Assembly (NCBI GenBank): GCA_015058155.1 | Contig: SVCW01000006.1 | Span: 14,408-78,407, forward strand | Origin: Clostridiales bacterium | GTDB taxonomy: Bacteria > Bacillota > Clostridia > Peptostreptococcales > Anaerovoracaceae | Length of the DNA: 64,000 nt | Reading direction: 5' to 3' | In this document: piece after piece, positions 1-10,598 of the stretch | How the letters are laid out: the number at the start of each line of letters is the position of its first letter | Numbering within the stretch: the first letter of the stretch is position 1 | Made by a program: the position numbers and the translations under genes | Notes under the pieces: generated by a model | Told to the model about the DNA's origin: nothing | What the model saw: only the letters and a program-made list of their open reading frames with translations | The model's database searches: none

Positions 1-884
1 GGGCAGAATTCATCCTTAACTCCCACAAGATATCCTCGGCTGCTTCCCCAGACATCCTTTATATTCTGTGTATGTCCGCCGCTGTTCTTAAAATAATACG
101 CAGATACAGGCTCGTCTTCATAATAAATACAAAGACCTGCGGTCTCATCTACTGCTTTGTTTGTTTCATCATGTTCATCAGAATATCCCTTGTATACCTG
201 GCAGTGAGTTCCGGTACATAAATCGAATCCATAAGAACTATGTCTTCCTTCGTTAACTCTTGAAAAGCTTCTTGCAGCAACTGCCTGTGCTTTAAGCGCT
301 TCAAGGGGATTATCATGATACATTTCAGAATCAAGTACACCATATACATAATGGTCAATATTAATTGCATTAATTAAGTTAATAGTGCCATCCGAGTTAA
401 GTGTAGCAGCAATTCCTCCTCTGTAGGGATTATCATTAAACTCAAATACTCCGCCAGTGTCATAATCAGCCGGAAGAACAATGCGATACCCTAAATCATA
501 CAGAATGGAAATATCATTTCCCGCTACCGAAACTACACCGTTTTCAGAAAAAAGTGTGAGTGTATCAAAATCAATACCAGTTACGACAGGTGTAACTACA
601 CCATCTATAATATCAGCAATTATAAAACCGTTCTCGGAATAGATATCAAAAGAATTCTCTGCAGAACTACCATATTTAAGACCAACAAGCACATAATCAT
701 TAAATAACGACGATGTATCAGGTTCTGTAACTTCTGACTCATCTCCTTGCAGATTATCAGATTCTATTGCAGAAACTGACGTTATAACGTCAGTTTCAGA
801 ATCAGGCTCTGCAAAAACGGGAGTTATAATCATACTCAGAATAAGCGATATTGTTAACATAATATTGATTATGTTTTTCTTCAT
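1..884 (-). CDS. spoIID: Stage II sporulation protein D (SpoIID-family lytic transglycosylase), C-terminus beyond window start
   Basis: Hand translation of the minus strand from ATG ~882-884 (RBS AGAGGT 6 nt upstream) is open to position 1. It gives signal peptide MKKNIINIMLTISLILSMIITPVFA, then ALKAQAVAARSFSRV, YGFDLCTGTHCQVYKG and YYFKNSGGHTQNIKDVWG, which are SpoIID hallmarks. Absent from the ORF track because there is no in-window stop. Confidence 0.8.
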   Translation of the reverse strand, partial: MKKNIINIMLTISLILSMIITPVFAEPDSETDVITSVSAIESDNLQGDESEVTEPDTSSLFNDYVLVGLKYGSSAENSFDIYSENGFIIADIIDGVVTPVVTGIDFDTLTLFSENGVVSVAGNDISILYDLGYRIVLPADYDTGGVFEFNDNPYRGGIAATLNSDGTINLINAINIDHYVYGVLDSEMYHDNPLEALKAQAVAARSFSRVNEGRHSSYGFDLCTGTHCQVYKGYSDEHDETNKAVDETAGLCIYYEDEPVSAYYFKNSGGHTQNIKDVWGSSRGYLVGVKDEFC

Positions 885-907
885 AAATACCTCTTGAATT
901 AAAAAAT

Positions 908-1951
908 CTATGCGTTGATTGAGAGTTGTTCAGCATGCTCTTCTCTGTTATAAGCAATGCCGAGATGTCTGTAAGCCTTTTCTGAAACCATTCTTCCCTT
1001 CTGTGTTCTGTGAAGTAATCCTGCCTGAATTAGATATGGTTCATATGCATCTTCAATAGTAACACGCTCTTCACCTATTGACGCTGCAATTGTATCGATT
1101 CCTACAGGACCGCCATTAAAACGGTCAATTATTATTTTGAGAATATCTCTGTCAAGATTCTCGAGTCCTTCTTCGTCAATACCCATTGCATTAAGAGCCA
1201 TTCTCGCAATCTCTTTAGTAATAACTCCTGTACCCTTAACCTGACTGAAATCTCTTACTCGCTTAAGAAGTCTGTTTGCCACTCTCGGCGTGCCTCTTGA
1301 ACACTTTGCAAGCTCTCTTAAAGCATCGTCTTCGATTTCTGCTCCGAGGATGTCCGCCGATCTCTTGATAATGGTAGAAAGCTCATCTTCAGTATAAAGT
1401 TCAAACTTTGAAAGAACTCCGAAACGGTCTCTTAATGGTGCAGAAAGACTTCCTGCTCTTGTAGTAGCTCCTATAAGAGTAAACTTCGCAAGATCGAGTC
1501 TTATTGAACGTGCTGAAGGTCCTTTTCCTATTATAATGTCAAGAGCATAGTCTTCCATAGCAGAGTATAAAACTTCTTCTACAGAACGTCTTAGTCTATG
1601 GATTTCATCGATAAAAAGGACATCGTTATCGTTGAGATTAGTGAGAATTGCAGCAAGATCACCCGCTCTTTCGATAGCAGGGCCTGATGTAATTCTGAGA
1701 TCTACGCCAAGTTCATTGGCAATAATTCCCGCAAGAGTAGTTTTACCGAGTCCCGGAGGTCCATAGAAAAGAACGTGATCAAGAGGTTCTTTTCTTATCT
1801 TTGCAGCTTCTATGTATACTTTTAAATTATCTACAGCAGCCTTCTGACCAATATACTCATCTATTCGATGTGGTCTTAATGAAAACTCGGTCATTTCCTC
1901 GCCTTCATTCATCTTTGCCGTTGTAATTCTTTCGTCTTCGTAATTATTCAT
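908..1951 (-). CDS. ruvB: Holliday junction branch migration helicase RuvB
   Basis: 347 aa; Walker [20 protein letters not shown], RuvB C-terminal winged-helix region; 15 nt downstream of ruvA. Confidence 0.95.
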   Translation of the reverse strand: MNNYEDERITTAKMNEGEEMTEFSLRPHRIDEYIGQKAAVDNLKVYIEAAKIRKEPLDHVLFYGPPGLGKTTLAGIIANELGVDLRITSGPAIERAGDLAAILTNLNDNDVLFIDEIHRLRRSVEEVLYSAMEDYALDIIIGKGPSARSIRLDLAKFTLIGATTRAGSLSAPLRDRFGVLSKFELYTEDELSTIIKRSADILGAEIEDDALRELAKCSRGTPRVANRLLKRVRDFSQVKGTGVITKEIARMALNAMGIDEEGLENLDRDILKIIIDRFNGGPVGIDTIAASIGEERVTIEDAYEPYLIQAGLLHRTQKGRMVSEKAYRHLGIAYNREEHAEQLSINA

Positions 1952-1966
1952 ACTTCCCCGCTTTAA

Positions 1967-2563
1967 TTAAAAAAGTTTTTTGAGTGCACGTTTGATATAA
2001 TCTTCACTTGATAAATCCTGTTCCGCAACTGCCGACACTGCGCCTGCTGCTTCTGCCCTGCTATAACCAAGAGCAATAAGAGCGCTGACAGCTTCGCCTC
2101 TTGCGTCGCCTGATACTGAACTTATATCGCTTATAACAGGCATGTCAGATGAAATACCTGCATCGCCAATCTTATCTTTAAGTTCGAGAACGATTCTCTG
2201 AGCTGTTTTCTTTCCTACACCGTTTGCTCTTGTAAGGAAATCTGCATCTTCGAAAACAATCGCTTTTCTCAGTTCAGAAACAGGTGCGACTGAAAGAATT
2301 GCCATTGCAGCTTTGGCCCCTACACCATTTACCGTTATTAGCTTCTTAAAGAGCTCAAGTCCTTCTTTTTCTGAAAAACCATAAAGACTCATGTCATCTT
2401 CTCTTACTATCATATTAAGAAAAAGTGAAACGTTATCACCTTCCTGCGCAAGGTAGACAGCAGAATTTTCCGGAACATTAATTTCGAAACCTATTCCGCC
2501 TGTTTCAACAACAACGCCACCATCAATACGCATCATGAGTTTACCTTTTATATAGTGAAGCAT
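1967..2563 (-). CDS. ruvA: Holliday junction DNA helicase RuvA
   Basis: 198 aa, MLHYIKGKL... start, two HhH motifs (VNGVGAKAAMAIL; ANGVGKKTAQRIVLEL). Confidence 0.93.
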   Translation of the reverse strand: MLHYIKGKLMMRIDGGVVVETGGIGFEINVPENSAVYLAQEGDNVSLFLNMIVREDDMSLYGFSEKEGLELFKKLITVNGVGAKAAMAILSVAPVSELRKAIVFEDADFLTRANGVGKKTAQRIVLELKDKIGDAGISSDMPVISDISSVSGDARGEAVSALIALGYSRAEAAGAVSAVAEQDLSSEDYIKRALKKLF

Positions 2564-2572
2564 ACTTACCTC

Positions 2573-3070
2573 CTAAAGTTTGTTTTTAAGCCTGTCTCTG
2601 CTGTTTGCCGAATGACCGCAGCATATTGCAGCTGCAAGAGCATCGGCCGTATCATCAGGCTTAGGCACTGAAGAAAGCCCCAGAATAGTTTTTACCATCA
2701 TCTGTACCTGCTTCTTTTCGGCTCTTCCGTATCCTACGAGTCCCTGCTTAATCTGGAGAGGTGTGAATTCATATACAGGTAATCCTGAATTTGCACATGC
2801 AAGAAGTGCTACCCCTCTAGCCTGACCAACCATAATTGCAGTTTTTGTATTAGTATTAAAAAACAGTTCTTCTACTGAAGCAATATCCGGCTCTTCTTCT
2901 ACAATGATATTCATAAGCTCATTGTATAACACCTTGAGTCTGTCTGTCATATCCATTCCTGCAGGTGTTGTCACAGCGCCATAGTTCAGAGCTTTGAAAC
3001 TGTTTCCTTTCATCTCCACGACACCCCAGCCAAGAATCGCATAACCAGGGTCAATTCCAAGGATTTTCAT
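2573..3070 (-). CDS. ruvC: Crossover junction endodeoxyribonuclease RuvC
   Basis: MKILGIDPGYAILGWGVVE... RNase-H-like fold. Start taken at the second Met (MKILGID), not the ORF-track start at 3103. Confidence 0.9.
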   Translation of the reverse strand: MKILGIDPGYAILGWGVVEMKGNSFKALNYGAVTTPAGMDMTDRLKVLYNELMNIIVEEEPDIASVEELFFNTNTKTAIMVGQARGVALLACANSGLPVYEFTPLQIKQGLVGYGRAEKKQVQMMVKTILGLSSVPKPDDTADALAAAICCGHSANSRDRLKNKL

Positions 3071-3284
3071 AGTTTCTTCCTTTTTTTTTAAAAAAATATA
3101 CACGTATATTTTAACACAAGAACATTTGTTTGTCTATCTTATATGTGTGATTAAATATAAAAACAGATATAATGTTTTTACGCAATATTCAAAATTTATG
3201 CATTGCAAATGTATAAAAGTTTTAGTATAATAATACTGAAGTATACACACTTTATACAATCTGCACATGAAAGGAGCTTGCAGT

Positions 3285-3740
3285 ATGAGATATACAAGAC
3301 ATAATGCCATTCTCGAACTTATCGGAGAATATGAAATCGAAACTCAGGAAAAGCTTGCATCAATGCTTAAGGAACGAGGTTTCAACGTTACACAGGCGAC
3401 AGTTTCCCGTGATATTAAGGAACTTCAGTTAATTAAGGTACTTAGTGCATCAGGCCAGTACAAGTATGCAAAGAGTAAGGAATACGATGCCCCTATTTCA
3501 GAAAGATTCACAAAGATCTTCAAGGAAACAGTAACATCTGTTGAATATTCAGGTAATATTGTAGTTGTAAAAACTCTTTCAGGTTGTGCAAATGCTGCAG
3601 CAGAAGCTATCGATTCAACAAAGTTCCCTCATATTGTAGGTACAGTTGCCGGAGACAATACTTTTATCGTAATTGTTGACGCACCAGATAACGCTCCTAA
3701 ACTTGTAGACTTACTTAATGAAACTCTCAGATTCAAATAA
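3285..3740 (+). CDS. argR: Arginine repressor ArgR/AhrC
   Basis: MRYTRHNAILELIGEYEIETQEKLASMLKERGFNVTQATVSRDIKEL wHTH plus C-terminal oligomerisation domain; AAAGGAG RBS 8 nt before ATG 3285; classic argR–recN pair. Confidence 0.85.
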   Translation: MRYTRHNAILELIGEYEIETQEKLASMLKERGFNVTQATVSRDIKELQLIKVLSASGQYKYAKSKEYDAPISERFTKIFKETVTSVEYSGNIVVVKTLSGCANAAAEAIDSTKFPHIVGTVAGDNTFIVIVDAPDNAPKLVDLLNETLRFK

Positions 3741-3756
3741 ACCAAGAGGTATATAA

Positions 3757-5376
3757 ATGATTGACCACATTAGCATTAAAGATTTTGCAATAATTGAAAA
3801 TGCTGAGGTTGATTTCCAGCCTGGTCTTAATATCCTGACTGGAGAAACCGGTGCCGGTAAATCGATTGTAATAGAAGCAGTTAGCCTTGCGCTTGGCGCA
3901 CGAGCAGATACTGCTTTTGTTCGTTCTGGATGTGATAAAGCGATTGTACAGCTTTCCGGTACACTTGACGGTGAAGAAATCGTAATCACACGTGAAGTAT
4001 CAGCTGCGGGAAAAAACCTCTGTAAACTTAATGGTGAACTTGTAACTCTCGCTCAGCTTAATACATACTGCAGAAAGCTCGCCGATATTCACGGTCAGTA
4101 CGATCACCAGTCACTTCTCGACCCTGCTTATCATATCAACCTTGTTGACATATTCCATAGTGAAGATATAGCACCTGTAAGAAATATGGTAGCTGACCTT
4201 TATAGCTCATATAGAGATGCTAAGCACAGACTTGATTCACTCATTTCTGGTGCTGCTGAAAACGCAAGAAAACGTGATTTCATGGCTTATGAAGTGAATG
4301 AAATCCGTTCAGCAGACTTAAGACCTGGTGAAGATACAGATCTTGAAGAACAGTATTCAGTTTTACAGAATGCCGAAAAGATTTATAAGGCCCTTGCAGA
4401 AGCATACTCATGTGCTCAGGACTCTACTCCTTCAGCACTCGATTCGCTTTCCCGTATATCAACTATTTTACAGGGAGTTTCAGGGTACACATCAAAGCTT
4501 TCAGAAATCAGTTCCGGTTTTGACGACCTTTTCTATCAGCTCCAGGATATGATTTCAGAAATCAGAGATACACGTGACAATGTCACTTTTTCTCCAGAAG
4601 AACTTGATGAATGTATTTCAAGAATCGAAACGATTAATAAATTAAAAAAGAAATACGGTAATTCCATAGAAGAAATCCTTGAATATGCTGATGAAAACGA
4701 GAAGAAACTCTACGATATCGATAACATCGATGAAGAAAAAGAAAACCTCGAAAGAGAATTATCAGTACTCAATGATCAGCTTGAACTTGCATCAGAAAGA
4801 CTTACTAAATTAAGAAAAAAATCTGCAGAAGAACTCGAAAGAAAAATTTCCAAGGAACTTCTCGAACTCAATTTTGCAGAAAGCAATCTTTCTATCAGTT
4901 TTGAAACACTCCCTTCTTTTACGGAAAACGGAATTGACAAAGTTGAATTCCTTATAAGTACAAACAAGGGCGAACCGCTCAAGCCTCTTGCGAAGATAGC
5001 ATCAGGTGGTGAAATGTCGAGAATAATGCTCGCTTTTAAGAATATCGTTGCTGAGTACGATAACATCCCTACTCTTATTTTCGATGAAATTGATGCCGGA
5101 ATATCAGGTATTGCTGCAAGTGTCGTTGGTAAGAAATTAAAAGAAATTGCAGATAAGCATCAGATTATATGCATCACTCACCTTCCACAGATTGCTGCAT
5201 GCGGAAGTCACAACTACAGAATTTATAAAGAAAGCAACGAATCTACAACAAGGACAAGTATCGAGTCCCTTGATAAAAATGAAAAAGTTCTTGAAATTGC
5301 AAGACTCCTTGGTGGTACAAACATTACCGATACTACACTGAAAAGTGCACAGGAACTTATAGAAGCTTCATTATAA
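3757..5376 (+). CDS. recN: DNA repair protein RecN
   Basis: 539 aa SMC-like protein: N-terminal Walker A GETGAGKS, long coiled coil, C-terminal signature SGGEMSRIMLA and Walker B LIFDEIDAG. Confidence 0.93.
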   Translation: MIDHISIKDFAIIENAEVDFQPGLNILTGETGAGKSIVIEAVSLALGARADTAFVRSGCDKAIVQLSGTLDGEEIVITREVSAAGKNLCKLNGELVTLAQLNTYCRKLADIHGQYDHQSLLDPAYHINLVDIFHSEDIAPVRNMVADLYSSYRDAKHRLDSLISGAAENARKRDFMAYEVNEIRSADLRPGEDTDLEEQYSVLQNAEKIYKALAEAYSCAQDSTPSALDSLSRISTILQGVSGYTSKLSEISSGFDDLFYQLQDMISEIRDTRDNVTFSPEELDECISRIETINKLKKKYGNSIEEILEYADENEKKLYDIDNIDEEKENLERELSVLNDQLELASERLTKLRKKSAEELERKISKELLELNFAESNLSISFETLPSFTENGIDKVEFLISTNKGEPLKPLAKIASGGEMSRIMLAFKNIVAEYDNIPTLIFDEIDAGISGIAASVVGKKLKEIADKHQIICITHLPQIAACGSHNYRIYKESNESTTRTSIESLDKNEKVLEIARLLGGTNITDTTLKSAQELIEASL

Positions 5377-5447
5377 GAAAAAGCCCTTCTCGAGAAGGGC
5401 TTTTAAGGTACAAAAAGAGCAGGTATAAAACCTGCTCTGTCTTTTTA
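5377..5447. terminator. Back-to-back rho-independent terminators (recN / ispH-rpsA)
   Basis: AAAAAGCCCTTCTCGAGAAGGGCTTTT hairpin, then AAAAAGAGCAGGTATAAAACCTGCTCTGTCTTTTT hairpin, between convergent genes. Confidence 0.6.
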
Positions 5448-7418
5448 TTATTCAGCGTCTGCTGCTTCTTCTGCTGCAGGAGCTTCTTCAGCAACTGGAG
5501 CTTCGATGCAAGCCTTGAGGCTGAGGCTGATTCTCTTTCTGTCAACGTCGATTTCAAGGATCTGAGCCTGAACGTCCTGACCTACTGAGATTTCATCAGC
5601 GATGTTTGTAACTCTCTTATGAGCTACTTCTGAAATGTGTACAAGACCATCAAGACCTGGTTCGAGTTCTACGAATGCACCGTATTCCTTGATCTGTACA
5701 ACTTTACCTTCTACAGTCTGTCCAACTTCATACTTTTCGTTGATAACTGTCCAAGGTTCAGGCTGATTCTGCTTGTAACCAAGAGAAATCTTGCCCTTTT
5801 CTTCGTTCATCTGGAGAATGATAACGTTGATCTTCTGTCCGATTTCGAGAACTTCCTGTGGGTGCTTAAGCTTGCCCCATGAAATTTCTGAAATATGTAA
5901 GAGACCGTCGATTCCGCCGATATCTACAAATGCACCGTAATCAGTAAATCTCATAACAGTACCTTCAACGATGTCGCCAACGTTGAGCTTGCCCCAGATT
6001 TCAGCAATCTTAGCTGCTCTTTCTTCAGCAAGAACTACCTTGTGTGAGAATACTGCTCTTCCCTTCATCTTGTCAACTCTGTTAACCTTAACGTCGAGAG
6101 TCTGTCCGATGAATTCGTCTGCACTTTCAACATACTTGTCTGAAAGCTGTGACATAGGAATGAATCCTGATACTTCCTTGTAAGCTGCAATAACACCACC
6201 GTTTACTGCTCTTACGATCTTTACGCTTAATGTTGATTTATTTTCTAAAGCTTCTGCAACTTCGTCCCAGTGTTCGTTGATTTCAAGCTTTTTCTTTGAA
6301 AGAATAATTTCACCGTCGTCAGTTCTGATAACCTTAGCCTGGATTTCGTCTCCTTCTTTAAATAAATCTGTTAATTTCTGGCCTTCTTCCATAGTTACTT
6401 CGTCCTTTGGAATAATACCATCTTTCTTACAGCCAAGGTTAACAATAACTTCTTTTTCAGTTGCCTGAAGCACCTTACCATTAACAATTTCTCCGCTGCG
6501 TGGTAATCTCAATGACTTATCGATATCATCCATAAAATCGAGCATTGAGTTCATTTCAGTGATAATTTCACTCATGTTAGCAATAACCTCCTCAATTACA
6601 GATTCGGGCGTCGATGCACCCGCTGCAACTCCTATTTTATTACATTTTTCAACTTCTTTCAATGGTAAATCTTTTAAATTTTCAATAAAATATGCTTTGT
6701 CACAATATTTATTTGCAATATCATAAAGTTTACGACTGTTTGAACTTTCTCTACCGCCTATAACTATCATCATTTCAACGTTCTTTGCAGTTTCCATACA
6801 GCTTTGCTGGCGTATTGTAGTAGCATTGCAGATAGTGTTTTTCACATCGGTTTTCTTGCCTTTTTCAGTGAAAACACTGACGCACGAATCGAAGAGTTCT
6901 TTTCTGATAGTAGTCTGTGCTACAACATACAGATTATCTTCCTCAACAAGGTCTGCTTCCTCAGGTGTTCCGACAACTTTTGCATGTGTGCACCATCCGC
7001 TGATGCCGATAACTTCGGCATGATTTCTGTCGCCAACTATTATTACATTCTTACCTTCTGCCTCAGCATCTCTTACAAGTTCATGAATGTGTGTAACATT
7101 GGGGCACGTTGCGTCAATGATATTTATATTTCTCTTTTCCGCTTCTTCATAAAAAGCCTTCGTCTGACCATGTGATCTTATAATTACCGTGTCACCCGAT
7201 GATGCTTCAGAAAGATCTCTGATTATTGAAAGACCTTTTGATGCGAGTTCATCAGTAACAATATCATTATGAATAAGAGGTCCGGCTGAGTAAATTCTTC
7301 TGCCGCCTTCCGCATCATGCTTTTCAACTTCTTCATTGGCAATATCTATTGCACGCTTTACTCCGTAACAGAATCCGGAGTTCTTCGCTCTTATAATTTC
7401 TCTTTTGTTTTCCATCAT
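5448..7418 (-). CDS. ispH: Bifunctional 4-hydroxy-3-methylbut-2-enyl diphosphate reductase (IspH/LytB) / ribosomal protein S1 domain protein
   Basis: 656 aa; N-terminal ~280 aa IspH (CYGVKRAI, three-Cys Fe–S enzyme) fused to four S1 RNA-binding repeats. This fusion is common in Clostridia. Confidence 0.9.
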   Translation of the reverse strand: MMENKREIIRAKNSGFCYGVKRAIDIANEEVEKHDAEGGRRIYSAGPLIHNDIVTDELASKGLSIIRDLSEASSGDTVIIRSHGQTKAFYEEAEKRNINIIDATCPNVTHIHELVRDAEAEGKNVIIVGDRNHAEVIGISGWCTHAKVVGTPEEADLVEEDNLYVVAQTTIRKELFDSCVSVFTEKGKKTDVKNTICNATTIRQQSCMETAKNVEMMIVIGGRESSNSRKLYDIANKYCDKAYFIENLKDLPLKEVEKCNKIGVAAGASTPESVIEEVIANMSEIITEMNSMLDFMDDIDKSLRLPRSGEIVNGKVLQATEKEVIVNLGCKKDGIIPKDEVTMEEGQKLTDLFKEGDEIQAKVIRTDDGEIILSKKKLEINEHWDEVAEALENKSTLSVKIVRAVNGGVIAAYKEVSGFIPMSQLSDKYVESADEFIGQTLDVKVNRVDKMKGRAVFSHKVVLAEERAAKIAEIWGKLNVGDIVEGTVMRFTDYGAFVDIGGIDGLLHISEISWGKLKHPQEVLEIGQKINVIILQMNEEKGKISLGYKQNQPEPWTVINEKYEVGQTVEGKVVQIKEYGAFVELEPGLDGLVHISEVAHKRVTNIADEISVGQDVQAQILEIDVDRKRISLSLKACIEAPVAEEAPAAEEAADAE

Positions 7419-8689
7419 TTCAGATTCTTAAGTCCTTCCAGGAATTTTTTAAATGCAGCTTCACTACCATTTTCAGTAGGTTCATAGTATCTTACACCTT
7501 CTTTGTAAAGGTTGTCAGGCAGATACTGCTGCTTTACATATCCGCCATATGCATGAGGGTACTTGTAATCAAGACCTATACCACGGTCTTTTGCTCCGCT
7601 GTAATGACTATCCTTAAGATGAAGCGGTACATCATCAATCTTTCTTGTCTTAAGGTCATGCATCGCTTTTTCAAGTGCCTCATTTGAACGATTTGATTTC
7701 GGACAGGAAGCAAGAAGTATAGTAGCCTGAGCGAGATTTATCCTTGCTTCAGGGTAACCAATCATGAGAGCTGCCTGCACACATGAAGTAACGATTGAAA
7801 TTGCACTTGGGTAAGCCATGCCGATATCTTCAGATGCCATTACCATAAGTCTTCTGCCAATCATCTGTATATCAGCTCCACCTTCTATAAGTCTTGCAAG
7901 ATAATGAATGGCAGCATCAGGATCCGAGCCTCTTACAGATTTCTGCAGTGCAGAAAGCAGATTGTACTTGTCCTCTTTCTTATCATAGAAAGTAGTCTGA
8001 CGCTGGAATGCTTCACCGACAATCTTAAGATCTATTACAGAACCTTCACTCAGATTATCAACAATGAATCCAAGTGTGTCGAGCGCAACTCTGGCATCAC
8101 CGGATGACATATCTGCAAGGACTTCAAGAGCCTTTTCGTCATACTTGATATCGAGTGTGCCAAAACCTCTTTCTTTATCAAGAATAGTTCTCCTGAGTAT
8201 TGAAAGCACATCCGAAGTTTCAAGTCTCTTGAATTCATAAATGTTTCTGACTCTTGAAATAATCGCATTGTTTACTGCAAAATAAGGATTCTCCGTAGTG
8301 CTTCCGATAAACTTAATAGTGCCTTCTTCAAGTGCTGCAAGGAGCGAATCCTGCTGAAGTTTATTCCATCTGTGAAACTCATCTACATAGACATATGTAG
8401 TCTGTTTCTGAAGTCCGAAAAATTTAAGCTTGGCACTGTCAAGAATTTCTTTGAGTTCCTTTGTACCTGTCGTACTTGCATTAATCTCATAAAATCCTGC
8501 GTCCATTTCTTTTGCTATTATTCTTGCAAGTGTAGTCTTTCCTGTTCCTGATGGTCCGAAGAAAATTGCAGAATCAAAAGTTTTGTTCTTGATTGAGTTG
8601 TAAAGAAGTGATCCAGGATACATAAAATGACTCTGTCCTACGAAATAGTCAAGTGTATCCGGTCTCATTTTTGTCGATAAAGGTATCAT
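7415..8689 (-). CDS. rarA: Replication-associated recombination protein A (RarA/MgsA AAA+ ATPase)
   Basis: MRPDTLDYFVGQSH, GPSGTGKTTLA, VYVDEFHRWNKLQQDSLL, KSVRGSDPDAAIHYLARL; stop overlaps the ispH start (ATGA). Confidence 0.9.
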   Translation of the reverse strand: MIPLSTKMRPDTLDYFVGQSHFMYPGSLLYNSIKNKTFDSAIFFGPSGTGKTTLARIIAKEMDAGFYEINASTTGTKELKEILDSAKLKFFGLQKQTTYVYVDEFHRWNKLQQDSLLAALEEGTIKFIGSTTENPYFAVNNAIISRVRNIYEFKRLETSDVLSILRRTILDKERGFGTLDIKYDEKALEVLADMSSGDARVALDTLGFIVDNLSEGSVIDLKIVGEAFQRQTTFYDKKEDKYNLLSALQKSVRGSDPDAAIHYLARLIEGGADIQMIGRRLMVMASEDIGMAYPSAISIVTSCVQAALMIGYPEARINLAQATILLASCPKSNRSNEALEKAMHDLKTRKIDDVPLHLKDSHYSGAKDRGIGLDYKYPHAYGGYVKQQYLPDNLYKEGVRYYEPTENGSEAAFKKFLEGLKNLK

Positions 8690-8737
8690 TTAGTTCCTCT
8701 TCCCTATTAATTATTTGTTTAATATATTTGTTAATTA

Positions 8738-9355
8738 TTAATTTGTATTTTCCAGTTTCGTTACGAATACATCTTTATACTCTTCAGGAGCATACTTAAG
8801 TACCAGTTCTTTTGTTGAACTTGCTTCTTCCATTGTATCAAAGATCTGCCCTATTACCTTGTATCCTCCGTCATTTTCAATGATACGTGCTGTAAGCCCT
8901 ATTGATTTAAGCTCAGTAAGAAGTTTTTCCGCAGCTTCTTTTGTGCTGAAACTTCCGTACTGTATGGAGTAACCTTCATAGGATATATCGGTTTCAACTG
9001 ATTCATCCTGCGACTCAGGGTTAACTACAGGATTATCAGTTTTTTCAGAAACGGTATCTATTGCAGAACCTGATGTATCGTTAATTCTACTATCTTTCAT
9101 ATTCAGTAATGTACTTGAAAGACTGGTACCGAAATCCGTGTTAAAACTTGCTTCCTGTCCGAGAATAAGTGGATATATAAAAAACTTAGTCGTTAAAAAG
9201 CCTAGTAAAACTGCTACACCTATTATAGCAATTATCGCAGTTAAATTCACCCCTATAATTTTTGAGTTTTCTCTATTTACCGGATTTCTTCTTCCATGAT
9301 GCCTGATTGCACCACCTCTTCTATTTTTGCTTCTGTATGGTCTGTACTTTGTCAT
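8738..9355 (-). CDS. SPOR-domain membrane protein
   Basis: Basic N-terminus, one TM helix (IIGVNLTAIIAIIGVAVLLGFL), C-terminal SPOR-like repeat (YSIQYGSFSTKEAAEKLLTELKSIGLTARIIENDGGYKV). Confidence 0.6.
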   Translation of the reverse strand: MTKYRPYRSKNRRGGAIRHHGRRNPVNRENSKIIGVNLTAIIAIIGVAVLLGFLTTKFFIYPLILGQEASFNTDFGTSLSSTLLNMKDSRINDTSGSAIDTVSEKTDNPVVNPESQDESVETDISYEGYSIQYGSFSTKEAAEKLLTELKSIGLTARIIENDGGYKVIGQIFDTMEEASSTKELVLKYAPEEYKDVFVTKLENTN

Positions 9356-9448
9356 TTAAACACCTCGTCCAATTAATCTTCGTACATCATATTCTCATAG
9401 AGGTGTTCTTATTCATAAGAAAAGCCGGGACATTATCCCGGCTCATTT

Positions 9449-10522
9449 CTATACTCTTTCATTTTCAAAGAATTTTCTTAAGTTTTCTTTGTATGGTGGT
9501 TTTATAATTCCCTTTTCTGTTACTATCGCTGTAACAAGACTGTTTTCTGTAACGTCAAATGCCGGATTATAGCATTTGACATCATCAGGTGCCATAGGCT
9601 TTTCATAATGGAGTGACTTGATTTCATCAGGATTTCTAAGTTCGATTTTTATATCATCACCTGTTTCACAGTTCATATCTATGGTTGTTGACGGACAGAA
9701 CACATAAAACGGAATTCCATAATATTTTGCAAGTATAGCAACTCCGCTCGTACCGATCTTATTTGCTGCATCGCCATTTGCCGCAACTCTGTCACAGCCT
9801 ACAAAACAAGCATTGATTCTTCCCTCTTTCATTACAATACTTGCCATATTGTCGCATATCAGCGTGCAGTCTACACCTGCAGATGTAAGCTCATATGATG
9901 TAAGTCTTGCACCCTGAAGAAGAGGTCTTGTTTCATCAGCATATACACTGAACTTCATGCCTCTTTCAGTACCAAGTAATATCGGCGCAAGAGCTGTGCC
10001 GTATTTCGAAGTCGCCAGTGGTCCTGCATTACAATGTGTAAGAATACCATAACCATCTTTAACGAGTTCAAGACCATATTCCGCAATAGCTGTACATATC
10101 TCAACGTCTTCCTGCTGAATCTTTTCTGCTTCCGTTTTCATTCCATCAAGAATTTCAGGGATTGACAAGTCTTTTAATGAAACGACTTTGTCATCCATTC
10201 TGTTAAGCATTTTCCTTAAGTTAACAGCAGTTGGTCTTGATGAATCAAGATACTCTTTGTTTTTCTTGAATTCGGAATAAAAGGTATCAAATGATTCGGC
10301 ATCAGTCTTTAACGAAAGTATATATATTGCATATGCCGCAAAAATACCGATCGCCGGTGCACCTCTGACTCTTAACTTATATATAGCATCCCAAAGGTCC
10401 TCACGAGTCGACAAAGTAAGGAATTCTCTTTTACCCGGCAAAAGTGTCTGATCAATAATCACGAGTGACTTTCCATCATCTGAAAGGTGTACATTTTCTA
10501 TACATTTAAACATCTCCGTCAT
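9449..10522 (-). CDS. mtnA: S-methyl-5-thioribose-1-phosphate isomerase (eIF-2B alpha/beta/delta family)
   Basis: eIF-2B/MtnA-family similarity ([16 protein letters not shown]..., [16 protein letters not shown]); start set at MTEMFK with GAGGT RBS rather than the ORF-track start; a hairpin terminator follows the stop. Confidence 0.75.
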   Translation of the reverse strand: MTEMFKCIENVHLSDDGKSLVIIDQTLLPGKREFLTLSTREDLWDAIYKLRVRGAPAIGIFAAYAIYILSLKTDAESFDTFYSEFKKNKEYLDSSRPTAVNLRKMLNRMDDKVVSLKDLSIPEILDGMKTEAEKIQQEDVEICTAIAEYGLELVKDGYGILTHCNAGPLATSKYGTALAPILLGTERGMKFSVYADETRPLLQGARLTSYELTSAGVDCTLICDNMASIVMKEGRINACFVGCDRVAANGDAANKIGTSGVAILAKYYGIPFYVFCPSTTIDMNCETGDDIKIELRNPDEIKSLHYEKPMAPDDVKCYNPAFDVTENSLVTAIVTEKGIIKPPYKENLRKFFENERV

Positions 10523-10598
10523 ATATGTTACCTCACGTTCATGTTTGATAACAATATTATAAATCATAGTAAAGAATGGAACAAGTAAGTGATTATTA

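Noticed and set aside
149-370. 73-aa minus-strand ORF in the first 400 nt
   Set aside because: Lies inside the spoIID reading frame in an alternative frame. The SpoIID frame is open across it with strong family motifs.
3711-5066. Several 60–100-aa ORFs on either strand within recN (3711-3989, 4328-4552, 4776-5066)
   Set aside because: Embedded in or antisense to the well-supported recN frame.
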